Shown here: positions 1 to 8,651 of the stretch, piece by piece
Numbering within the stretch: position 1 is the stretch's first letter
Layout of the letters: each line of letters opens with the position of its first letter
Assembly: GCA_043822305.1 (NCBI GenBank)
Contig: JBDRBU010000084.1
Coordinates: forward strand, 1 to 25,041
Source of the DNA: Candidatus Firestoneibacteriota bacterium
GTDB lineage: Bacteria > Oederibacteriota > D2-FULL-39-29 > JBDRBU01
DNA length: 25,041 nt
Direction: 5' to 3'
Program-made: the position numbers and the translations under genes
The notes under the pieces: model-generated
The model's input: the letters and a program-made list of their open reading frames with translations, nothing else
Database searches by the model: none
Told to the model about the DNA's origin: nothing

Positions 1-1440
1 TGTATTTGTCCCTCCTGCTGCTGTTACTTTAACATTGTATGTACCTCCTGCTACTCCCATCGGCACTACTGCTCCACTTATTGTCGTGTCTGTTATGACT
101 GCATTAGTTATATTTAATGATGTATTCAATCCATCATCTAACTTTACGGCTGTCACTGCTGAACTACTTAACCCTCCATAAAATCCACTACCTGTGATTG
201 ATACTGTGGTTAAATCTAAATTAGAACCAGTAGGTGGAACTATATCTGTTACTGTTGGTCCCGGTGTTGTTACTATATATTTGACCGCACTTGTTAAATT
301 CGTTCTTTCTCCCGCTGTTACTTTAACATTGTATGTACCTATGGCTATTCCTGTTGGCACTATTGCTCCATTTATGCTCGTATCAGTTATGACTGCATTA
401 GTTATATTCAATGATGTATTCAATCCATCATCTAACTTTACGGCTGTCACTGCTGAACTACTTATCTCTCCATAAAATCCACTCCCTGTAATTGATACTG
501 TTGTTGTCTCTAAATTAGAACCTGTCGATGGAACTACATTTGTTACTTTTGGTCCAGATTTTACTACAAATTTGACCGCACTTGTTAAATTTGTTCCTCC
601 TGCTGCTGTTACCTGGACATCATATGTACCCCCGGCTATTCCGGTTGGCACTACTGCTCCACTTATAGTTGTATCAGTTATGACCGCATTAGTTAGATTT
701 AAGGAAGTCTTTGCTCCATCGTTTAATTTCACTACTATTACTGTTGAACTACTTAATCCTCCATAAAATCCACTCCCTGTGATTGACACTGTTGTTGTTG
801 ATGAATCATAACCACTTGATGGTACTAGTTCTGCTACTGCCGGTGCTGGTGTTGTTACTATATATTTTATTGCACTTGTTGTATTTGTTCCTCCTGCTGC
901 TGTTACTTTAACATTGTATGTCCCTACTACCACTCCCATCGGTACTACTGCTCCACTTATTGTCGTGTCTGTTATGACTGCATTAGTTATATTTAATGAT
1001 GTATTTGCTCCATCATCTAATTTTACTGCTTGGATAGTTGAACTACTTAATCCTCCATGAAATCCACTCCCTGTGATTAACACTGTTGTTAATACTAAAT
1101 TAGAACCAGTAGATAGAACTATATTATTTACTTCTGGGAATGGTGCTCCTGTGACTACATATTGGACCGCACTTGTTGCATTTGTCCCTCCTAATGCTGC
1201 TACCTGAACATTATATGTACCTACTACTATTCCTATTGGCACTACCGCTCCACTTATGGTTGTGTCTGTTATAACGGCATTAGATATATTCAACGAGGTA
1301 TTCAATCCATCATCTAACTTTACAGATTGAACTGTTGAACTACCCACTTCTCCATAAAATCCTGTCCCTGTGATTGATACTGTCGTTGTTTCTAAATTAG
1401 AACCTGTTGATGGGACTATATTACTTACTTCCGGGAATGG
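1..1440 (-). repeat. At least five tandem IPT/TIG-like repeats (~98 aa) within the giant protease
   Basis: Recurring ITG(S/T)GF(Y/H)G(G/E) and (G)TY(N/D)V(K/Q)V motifs; the + strand core ccat(a/g)aaatcc recurs near 175, 470, 760, 1055 and 1350, about 294 bp apart. Confidence 0.85.
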
Positions 1441-4400
1441 AGCTATCAACTTTATCTTGCCAAATTTTAGATATGAAGTTTCCCATATATTTTTAGTTGT
1501 TCGGCTATACCAAACCATGGGAACATATGAAACATTTCCTTTTGAATATACTGTACTCGATCCCCAATTTACAAATCCATCATTAATAAAAGATGAAAGT
1601 ACTTCCCATGTTACCCCATTATATTTTCTATAAACAATACGCATATCTCCTTCCCCTTCATTTGACCAGAAACCCCATAAATTAACCCCATCTGTTGTCA
1701 GGGCTACATTGCTTACGAATGCAGATTGTAAAACAGTTGGACTTGACCAACTTATTCCATCGTAATATATATATTTCACTTTCGCCCCATCTACATATAT
1801 TGTATGAATATAATTATTAGAAGTAATACATACTGAAAAATCGCGATTACAAAAAGTCTCCGGAATATCTACTGGAGTAGACCAATTTGATCCATTCCAA
1901 TAGCTCCAGGAAATTTTATTTGCATCCTTTCCTGAACTAGCAACTACCACTGGATATCCATTCCATATAACTAATGCAGCGAACATTTTTGGAGACATCA
2001 CATCAGAACCCAAACTCCAACTTACTCCATCATCATCCGAATATTTTACTCGAGTAACCGGATTAGAATATGTCCCACTTTGATATGCAACCCATATTCT
2101 TCCGGATGATGGCTCTTTGGTAATAGAAGGATATCCTACGAAACTATCTTCAACAGTATATTTTGGTTCCAATGTATAATTTCCGCTATCGTATGTCATC
2201 TTTCTCATTATTAGTGAACGGTTTACATCACTCACTCTTACCAGAACTATTATATAAATGTTATCTGAGGCATCTTTACATACAGATGAATGCAGTGCTG
2301 GATCATCAATCACGAAGTCCTCTGGACTGGTTGTGACTAATGTTTCATTACCCCAAGTGTCTCCACCATCTGAAGAAATTTTATAATATAAACCTCCATA
2401 TCCATATGACCCCCCTGTGCCATAAAATACTACTAATTTACCATCCGATGTTAAAACTAAATTTCTATCTTTCTGCCATCCAACACGATGAGTATATTTT
2501 ATTTCACTTCCTGTTGTCACCTTATATTGGACTGCACTTGTTATATTTGTCCCTCCTGCTGCTGTTACTTGGACATTATATGACCCTACTACACATCCAA
2601 TAGGAACTATTGAATGTATAATTGTACTATCACTTGTCACATTATATCCATCTAAACTATAACTATTCATTCCATTGTCTATCTTTACCGATGTTACTGT
2701 TGAACTATCCCCTCCTCCATAAAATCCACTCCCTGTGATTGATACTGTCGTTGTCTCTAAATTTGAACCTGCTATTGGATATATATTACTTACTATTGGT
2801 AATGGCGCTCCTGTTACTACATATTTGACCGCACTTGTTAAATTTGTTCCTCCTAATGCTGTTACTTGGACATTGTATGTCCCTACTACACATCCAATAG
2901 GAACTATTGTCTGGACAATTACACTATCACTCGTGATACTGTATCCAGTTAAATTATAACTATAATTTCCACTATCTATCTTTACTCCTGTTACCGTTGA
3001 ACTATCCCCTCCTCCATAAAATCCACTCCCCGTGATTGTTACTGTTGTTAATACCAAATTTGAACCCATTACAGGATTGATATTATTTACTCTTGGGAAT
3101 GGCACCCCTGTGACTATATATTGGACTGCACTTGTTAAATTTGTTCCTCCTGCCGTTACTTTAACATTGTATGTGCCTACATCTATTCCTTTTGGTACTA
3201 CTGCTCCACTTATAGTAGTATCTGTTATAACTGCATTAGATATATTTAATGATGTATTCAATCCATCATCTAATTTCACTACTGTTACTATTGAATTATT
3301 TCCTCCTCCATAAAATCCACTACCTGTGATTGATACTGTCGTTAATGTTAGATTTGAACCTGTTGTTGGATATATATTACTTACTGTTGGTACAAATGTC
3401 GTTATTACATACTTGATAACACTTGTTATATTGGTCCCTCCCGCCGCTGTTACTTTGACATCGTATGTCCCTATTACACATCCACCTGGTACTATTGCAT
3501 TCATAATGCTGTCACTTGTCATATTACATCCCTCTAAACTATAATTATTTATCCCATTGTCTATCTTTACTCCTGTTACTGTTGAACTACTTAACCCTCC
3601 ATAAAATCCACTCCCTGTGATTGTTGCTGTGGTTAATATTAAATTAGAACCTGTATTTGGATTAATATTGCTTACTGTTGGTACTGATGTTGTTACTGCA
3701 TACTTGACCGCACTTGTTATATTTGTCCCTCCTGCTGCTGTTGCTTTCACATTATATGTACCTATGGCTACTCCTATTGGTACTACTGCTCCATTTATGG
3801 TTATATCAGTTATGACTGCATTAGATATATTCAACGATGTATTCGCTCCATCATCTAATTTCACTGTTTGGACTGTTGAACTACTTCCTCCTCTATAAAA
3901 TCCACTCCCTGTAATTGTTACTGTGGTTAATATTAAATTAGAACCTGTTGTTGGAACTATATTACTTACTATTGGTAATGGTGCTCCTGTTACTACATAT
4001 TTGACTAAACTTGTTGTATTTGTTCCTTCTGTTGTTGTTACTTTAACATTATATGTACCTATGGCTACTCCTATTGGTACTACTGCTCCATTTATGGTCA
4101 TATCAGTTATGACTGCATTAGATATATTCAATGATGTATTTGCTCCATCATCTAATTTCACTGCTTGGACTGTTGAACTACTTCCTCCTCCATAAAATCC
4201 ACTCCCTGTAATTGTTACTGTGGTTAATGCCAAATTTGAACCTATTGATGGAACAACATCTGTTACTGTTGGAATAATTATCCCACCAAACCAATCTATT
4301 ACTCTTTTCATAATTGTTTTTCTAATGTCTTTACCATCTATATCATCAAACTGAAAATCTAAAAACACTACTTTGTAGGTACTATTTTCATATGATACAC

Positions 4401-7400
4401 CAACAGTACCAACACCATATGTAACGCATGAAAATAGTGGATTTGAATCAAGCGGGGTTAAATTCATCATCATTTCAGCATACCATCCCCCATTCTGTCC
4501 TCCTAAAACATCAAAAGATAAACCCTCGCTAATCGGATTACTTTCTACTCCATTTATTCTTACACTATTGTCCCACGATCCACCAAAACTTACGACACCA
4601 GTTTGACAATGTAAATAATTCCTACGAAATGCTAATGCCTGGTCTGAGATCATATTTGATGTTAGATCTCCTCCAATCAAAAACAATCTACCTCCATTAT
4701 CTAAATAATTTGATAAATTAATTAGATCATTCGCTGTGAGAGGAGCAGGAGCGGCATACCCATCATTAGCACTACCAATCGTTACAACACCTGATGTAAA
4801 CCAAATTACTTTTTTAAACATATTAAGAATATCTGAATTGGGAGAATCATCATCTTTCACAATAAATTCTTCAAAGTTAAAACCATTATCTGATAATGCC
4901 TCTCTATAGTTTGCTTCACGATTGTATTTTGTATAGTCTCTATATCTATTACTATTTACTAACAAAATTGGATAGGGTTTTCGGATAACAAGCGAATGCA
5001 ATCCAGATACCGGCTCTCTGGCCATATTACCAGCATCATCAGTAGATTCAATATAATAATAAACCATAGTTCCAGATACCTGCCCAGGAATAAAAGCAGT
5101 ATAAGTATCAGAAATATTTGACATAGAAATAACAGTAAATGGAGTAGTCCCAGTAGTATTCCAATAAACTTCTGCTTTATTAACTCTATTATTATCGGCA
5201 ATATTCGCCACAACTCTATATTTGTCCGGTCTCCAGGCATCACTAATAGGAGGAGAATGAACAATTACAGGAGGAATAGTATCATAACTACTAGGAACAA
5301 CATTAAATACAAAATTACCAGATACAGGAAGTCTACTTATATTAGAATGTATATCTTTTGCACTAAGACAATAATAAACATTAGTCCCTACAGGTTGAGT
5401 CGGAATATCTCCCATGAATATCTCTTCTTCTCCAAACTTTCTTGTCAGATTTACTTGAGTCCACCCAGTTGCATCATTAATCTTCCAATATAGATATCCG
5501 TTTTCTACTGCTCTATTATCTACTATGATTGCTTCTACTCCATATTTATCTTTTACTTGTTGGTAACTGCCAAAAGGAGTATGAGAAAGGACAGGACCAG
5601 CTATATCCGGTTCTGCACAGCTATCTAACCAGGATATTGATCTTCCTATTAATTCTCTGGTTTTGGATGGATCAGATATGTTCCCCGTATGCCCCAGTCT
5701 AAAAGCAAAGTATACTACTGCATATGTGTTATTTACATATCTTGAAGCAACAGTCAGCGGGGCTACAGATGGGTAAGGAGGATACTCTAAAGTCCCATCT
5801 ACAGGTGTAGTAAATTTAAGTATTGGAGTAGATGCATCTAAACAACTAAACCCTCCTGTCTGATCAACTCCACTAATATTTACTCCAGGCCATACATTCC
5901 AGCCAACAATCGTTACATTCTTCATCCCGCTACTTATAGGATCATTAGGAATTTCATCAAAAACTGCTTGTGGTTGATTGCCGCCTGCAACTTTATGCAA
6001 GATTACATTGGAATGTAAATAATTCCGAATAAATGAGGCATTCGTATAATCTAACATATCACTACTTACAAGTAGCTTTCCACCTTGATCAAGATAACCT
6101 TTTAGATTTTCTAACACAGTGATATCAACACCCATCTCACCTGTCCACCAAATTACTTTCTTAAAAAGAGATAATATCTCTACACTTGGAAATGGCTCAA
6201 CCAAAGCATCTACTACTGCAAATTCATACCCATTATAATCCATCGCATTTTTGAAAGATGGGAAATAATCGAAGTTTCCAAAGTAAGGATCAGCAACATC
6301 TATCCCATCATCATCTATCAATAAAACAGGAGGCAATATAAACTTAAATGAAAATACACCTACCTCAGGTAATCTACCAATATTTGTCCCATCAAATGCT
6401 GTAATATAATAATAGACTGTGGTCTTATCTGCTTGCTTTGGAATAATACCTATATAATTTCCTTTCCCATCAGAGTTCATCTTTACCTCGGTGAAAGGTT
6501 CGATGCCTGTAGTATTCCAGTAGACACAAGGGTTAATAACTTCAGCATTATCTGTAATAGTTGCCTTCACTTGCCGATCTTCATATATTTTCCAGGTATC
6601 ACCAAGTGGCATATGAATAATTTGAGGTGGTTCAGTGTCTGGAAGTATATTAAAAGAATAAGTGCCTGTAGATGGAGAATAAGATGCGTTTGGTACACCT
6701 GCACCGTCTTTTGCATAAATATAATAATATATAGTAGTTCCTCCTGATTGACCAGGAATATTTCCCTGATATGTATCTAATCCGGTTAAACTCATAATTA
6801 CTTCATTAAAAGGAGCAAATCCTGTTGTATTCCAAAAAAGCGATACATTGTTTACTTTTACATTATCAGTAACTTTTGCTGATATATAATATTCAGTTAC
6901 TATATATGTATCAGAATACGGAGTATGAGTAATAACAGGAGGTGTAATATCTATTCCTACTCTCATTGTCCAGGTTTCTGATGGTGCATTCACCGGACTT
7001 AAAGAAGGCCCAGACTGGATAGTAGCTTTAAAATAGTAATAAATTATTGTCCCTTCACTTTGAGACGGGATGTTTCCAGAATATTCATCTGGATTTCCAG
7101 TAGAGATCATATTAACTTGCGTAAAATTTATTTCATCAAAAGAATAATATAATAAAGTCTCATTAAGAGGAAAGAAAGAAGTAATCACTGCTGTTATCGG
7201 TATAGGGCTGGTAGTATTTTCAGTATCAGAAGGTGTGTGTGAAATTTTTGGTTTAATGTGACAAAGGGTTTTGTCTACATTTATTCTACCATATCCAAAC
7301 TTTTCATCATAGCCAACATCTCCTAAATCATCTACTCCTAGTTGAATATAGTTTTTAATTTCATCCCTTGTCAGCAATGTATCACTCGACCACACTAATG

Positions 7401-8511
7401 CAGCTAATCCAGCGACTTGAGGAGTGGCCATAGAAGTTCCACTATAGAAGCCATAATTATTGCCTGGTAGTGAACTTAAAATTCCGGCTGACTGGCTCCC
7501 TCCTCCGCCGGGTGCTGCTACCGATACTCCTCCTCCATAAGATGAATAGTAAGCAAGAGTATCATCAATGGTAGTAGCTGAAATAGCCATACATTCAGGG
7601 TAAGCAGCAGGATAGAAAATACCATCGTTACCATTGTTGCCACGAGCAACTACGATTAAACATCCTTTGTTGTATGCATAAATTACTGCATTATGAACAA
7701 CACTTGAATCACTTGTTCCTCCTAAACTCATACTAATAACTTTTGCACCATTATCAGCAGCATAGATTATACCATTAGCTACTGATTCATTAGATCCCGA
7801 ACCCTGATCTGTTAATACCTTAACCGCTAATATTTGTGCTCCCCAGGAAACCCCTGCAACACCTTTAGCATTATTAGTAATCGCCGAAGCAATACCCGAA
7901 CAATGAGTTCCATGACCATGTCCATCCATAGGGTCATAATCATTATTAGCAAAATCATATCCTTTTATAACTTTACCAGCTAAATCTTCATGATTATAAT
8001 CTACTCCTGTATCAACAATGGCAATGGTAATATTACTTCCTCCGGTAGATGTACTCCATCCTAATTCAGATTGCATTCTAATATGACACCATTGCTCAGA
8101 ATATCTCGTATCATTAGGAGTAGTAAAAATTTCATAATAACTAACAGGCTCTGCTACTTCTATTAAAGGATTCTTCTTTAATTGTTCTAAATACTCTTCT
8201 ACTTTTTTCCCTTTAGGTAACTTGATTTTTTTATATCCCAATTTGCTAATACCTTGAAATTCCTTCTTCCCTGGAAATTTCTTCATTCCTGGAAATTTCT
8301 CTTCTACTATATTGCCTACATTAAATGTGCTTAATAATTTACCCATCATTGCTGGATTAACATTCTTCTTGAATTTTACAATTAACTCTCCTTCTACATA
8401 CTTCTGACTCTCTTTTGCCTTCCATAATTCAGCTTCTAATTTATTTACTCCCACAAGAAAAAATAGAATCAAAAAACTGCTTATCCACTTTACATTATTT
8501 AATCTTTTCAT
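1..8511 (-). CDS. Giant secreted modular S8 (subtilisin/thermitase-like) serine protease, >2837 aa, 3' end beyond the window
   Basis: Not in the ORF track, consistent with no stop codon inside the window. ATG at 8511 with AGGAG RBS at 8516-8520. N-terminus MKRLNNVKWISSFLILFFLVGVNKLEA is signal-peptide-like. Hand translation of many segments down to base 1 stayed in one frame (ending ...GTYNVKVTAAGGTNT). Architecture: prodomain, S8 domain, 3 'HTP' Ig-like repeats, GATase-like domain, 2 'HTP' repeats, GATase-like domain, 6 IPT/TIG, BNR propeller, at least 5 IPT/TIG. Confidence 0.93.
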   Translation of the reverse strand, partial: MKRLNNVKWISSFLILFFLVGVNKLEAELWKAKESQKYVEGELIVKFKKNVNPAMMGKLLSTFNVGNIVEEKFPGMKKFPGKKEFQGISKLGYKKIKLPKGKKVEEYLEQLKKNPLIEVAEPVSYYEIFTTPNDTRYSEQWCHIRMQSELGWSTSTGGSNITIAIVDTGVDYNHEDLAGKVIKGYDFANNDYDPMDGHGHGTHCSGIASAITNNAKGVAGVSWGAQILAVKVLTDQGSGSNESVANGIIYAADNGAKVISMSLGGTSDSSVVHNAVIYAYNKGCLIVVARGNNGNDGIFYPAAYPECMAISATTIDDTLAYYSSYGGGVSVAAPGGGGSQSAGILSSLPGNNYGFYSGTSMATPQVAGLAALVWSSDTLLTRDEIKNYIQLGVDDLGDVGYDEKFGYGRINVDKTLCHIKPKISHTPSDTENTTSPIPITAVITSFFPLNETLLYYSFDEINFTQVNMISTGNPDEYSGNIPSQSEGTIIYYYFKATIQSGPSLSPVNAPSETWTMRVGIDITPPVITHTPYSDTYIVTEYYISAKVTDNVKVNNVSLFWNTTGFAPFNEVIMSLTGLDTYQGNIPGQSGGTTIYYYIYAKDGAGVPNASYSPSTGTYSFNILPDTEPPQIIHMPLGDTWKIYEDRQVKATITDNAEVINPCVYWNTTGIEPFTEVKMNSDGKGNYIGIIPKQADKTTVYYYITAFDGTNIGRLPEVGVFSFKFILPPVLLIDDDGIDVADPYFGNFDYFPSFKNAMDYNGYEFAVVDALVEPFPSVEILSLFKKVIWWTGEMGVDITVLENLKGYLDQGGKLLVSSDMLDYTNASFIRNYLHSNVILHKVAGGNQPQAVFDEIPNDPISSGMKNVTIVGWNVWPGVNISGVDQTGGFSCLDASTPILKFTTPVDGTLEYPPYPSVAPLTVASRYVNNTYAVVYFAFRLGHTGNISDPSKTRELIGRSISWLDSCAEPDIAGPVLSHTPFGSYQQVKDKYGVEAIIVDNRAVENGYLYWKINDATGWTQVNLTRKFGEEEIFMGDIPTQPVGTNVYYCLSAKDIHSNISRLPVSGNFVFNVVPSSYDTIPPVIVHSPPISDAWRPDKYRVVANIADNNRVNKAEVYWNTTGTTPFTVISMSNISDTYTAFIPGQVSGTMVYYYIESTDDAGNMAREPVSGLHSLVIRKPYPILLVNSNRYRDYTKYNREANYREALSDNGFNFEEFIVKDDDSPNSDILNMFKKVIWFTSGVVTIGSANDGYAAPAPLTANDLINLSNYLDNGGRLFLIGGDLTSNMISDQALAFRRNYLHCQTGVVSFGGSWDNSVRINGVESNPISEGLSFDVLGGQNGGWYAEMMMNLTPLDSNPLFSCVTYGVGTVGVSYENSTYKVVFLDFQFDDIDGKDIRKTIMKRVIDWFGGIIIPTVTDVVPSIGSNLALTTVTITGSGFYGGGSSSTVQAVKLDDGANTSLNISNAVITDMTINGAVVPIGVAIGTYNVKVTTTEGTNTTSLVKYVVTGAPLPIVSNIVPTTGSNLILTTVTITGSGFYRGGSSSTVQTVKLDDGANTSLNISNAVITDITINGAVVPIGVAIGTYNVKATAAGGTNITSAVKYAVTTSVPTVSNINPNTGSNLILTTATITGSGFYGGLSSSTVTGVKIDNGINNYSLEGCNMTSDSIMNAIVPGGCVIGTYDVKVTAAGGTNITSVIKYVITTFVPTVSNIYPTTGSNLTLTTVSITGSGFYGGGNNSIVTVVKLDDGLNTSLNISNAVITDTTISGAVVPKGIDVGTYNVKVTAGGTNLTSAVQYIVTGVPFPRVNNINPVMGSNLVLTTVTITGSGFYGGGDSSTVTGVKIDSGNYSYNLTGYSITSDSVIVQTIVPIGCVVGTYNVQVTALGGTNLTSAVKYVVTGAPLPIVSNIYPIAGSNLETTTVSITGSGFYGGGDSSTVTSVKIDNGMNSYSLDGYNVTSDSTIIHSIVPIGCVVGSYNVQVTAAGGTNITSAVQYKVTTGSEIKYTHRVGWQKDRNLVLTSDGKLVVFYGTGGSYGYGGLYYKISSDGGDTWGNETLVTTSPEDFVIDDPALHSSVCKDASDNIYIIVLVRVSDVNRSLIMRKMTYDSGNYTLEPKYTVEDSFVGYPSITKEPSSGRIWVAYQSGTYSNPVTRVKYSDDDGVSWSLGSDVMSPKMFAALVIWNGYPVVVASSGKDANKISWSYWNGSNWSTPVDIPETFCNRDFSVCITSNNYIHTIYVDGAKVKYIYYDGISWSSPTVLQSAFVSNVALTTDGVNLWGFWSNEGEGDMRIVYRKYNGVTWEVLSSFINDGFVNWGSSTVYSKGNVSYVPMVWYSRTTKNIWETSYLKFGKIKLIAPFPEVSNIVPSTGSNLETTTVSITGTGFYGEVGSSTVQSVKLDDGLNTSLNISNAVITDTTISGAVVPIGIVVGTYNVQVAALGGTNATSAVQYVVTGAPFPEVNNIVLSTGSNLVLTTVLITGSGFHGGLSSSTIQAVKLDDGANTSLNITNAVITDTTISGAVVPMGVVVGTYNVKVTAAGGTNTTSAIKYIVTTPAPAVAELVPSSGYDSSTTTVSITGSGFYGGLSSSTVIVVKLNDGAKTSLNLTNAVITDTTISGAVVPTGIAGGTYDVQVTAAGGTNLTSAVKFVVKSGPKVTNVVPSTGSNLETTTVSITGSGFYGEISSSAVTAVKLDDGLNTSLNITNAVITDTSINGAIVPTGIAIGTYNVKVTAGERTNLTSAVKYIVTTPGPTVTDIVPPTGSNLDLTTVSITGSGFYGGLSSSAVTAVKLDDGLNTSLNITNAVITDTTISGAVVPMGVAGGTYNVKVTAAGGTNT
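1445..2511 (-). other. BNR/Asp-box beta-propeller domain within the giant protease
   Basis: Asp-box motifs ISSDGGDTW and YSDDGGVSW; Trp/Tyr-rich blades (WSYWNGSNWS, YYDGISW, LTTDGVNLWGFWSN); collinear with the N-terminal domain of the 14372..18244 protein. Confidence 0.8.
2512..4272 (-). repeat. Six tandem IPT/TIG-like repeats within the giant protease
   Basis: ITGSGFY(G/R)G cores near 4195, 3895, 3600, 3310, 3015 and 2720, about 291-297 bp apart; two sequence subtypes. Confidence 0.85.
4285..6330 (-). other. Two class I glutamine-amidotransferase-like (flavodoxin-fold) domains (~5620-6330 and ~4285-4975) separated by two Ig-like repeats
   Basis: Paired motifs VLLIDDDG...FKKVIWWTG...YLDQGGKLLVS and ILLVNSN...FKKVIWFTS...YLDNGGRLFLIG, each ending in a helix with W(L/F). 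The fold assignment is inferred from the motif pattern. Confidence 0.6.
6335..7255 (-). repeat. Three ~100-aa Ig-like repeats starting P.I.H.P (two more at ~4980-5605)
   Basis: PKISHTP, DITPPVITHTP, DTEPPQIIHMP, DIAGPVLSHTP and DTIPPVIVHSP, each followed by a ...(G)xIP.Q..(G)T.(I/V)YY core. Confidence 0.7.
7264..8121 (-). other. Peptidase S8A catalytic domain (thermitase-like) with intact triad
   Basis: Mature start TPNDTRYSEQW; IAIVDTGVDYNHEDL (Asp at 8011-8013); HGHGTHCSGI (His at 7912-7914, with thermitase-type Cys); SMSLGG; oxyanion VVARGN; SGTSMATPQVAG (Ser at 7432-7434); FGYGRIN. Confidence 0.95.
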
Positions 8512-8526
8512 TTTTCTCCTCTTTAA

Positions 8527-8548
8527 GTAGTAGCAGGCTTTAGCCTGC
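8527..8548 (+). repeat. GTAG-type REP-like palindrome
   Basis: GTAG-TA-GCAGGC-TTTA-GCCTGC: a GTAG foot and a perfect 6-bp GC-rich stem in AT-rich DNA, lying in the predicted 5' UTR of the protease gene. Confidence 0.6.
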
Positions 8549-8574
8549 ATTCCTTTCTTATTCTTTACATAAAA

Positions 8575-8603
8575 ATTATAACACTATTTTTCTGTTTTGT
8601 CAA
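8575..8603 (-). promoter_or_regulatory. Perfect-consensus sigma70 promoter for the giant protease gene
   Basis: Minus strand TTGACA (8603-8598), 17-bp spacer, TATAAT (8580-8575), with extended -10 TGn; about 64 bp upstream of the ATG at 8511. Confidence 0.88.
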
Positions 8604-8611
8604 GAGTAATT

Positions 8612-8651
8612 CATTGCTTTTCGGGATAGTATATTGCTTTTTTAGGTATTA
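8612..8651 (-). promoter_or_regulatory. Tandem 20-bp direct repeat, candidate AraC-family operator
   Basis: TAATACCTAAAAAAGCAATA and TACTATCCCGAAAAGCAATG (14/20 identical, shared AAAAGCAAT); begins at the regulator stop codon and ends 8 bp upstream of the -35 box. Confidence 0.5.

Noticed and set aside
194..4195. Series of similar 64-93 aa plus-strand ORFs that look like a small repeated gene family
   Set aside because: They are antisense shadows of the giant minus-strand gene; most end at the TAA formed by the reverse complement of the GFY codons of the IPT repeats, and none has an evident RBS.
1..4272. CRISPR array or diversity-generating retroelement TR/VR pair
   Set aside because: Units are ~295-bp in-frame coding repeats without unique spacers; differences between the closest pair are transitions in both directions rather than template-adenine-specific; no reverse transcriptase or cas gene is in the window.
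4959..6747. Short ORFs 4959..5264(-), 5257..5493(+), 6433..6747(+)
   Set aside because: Alternative-frame or antisense ORFs inside the giant protease gene with no recognisable motifs.
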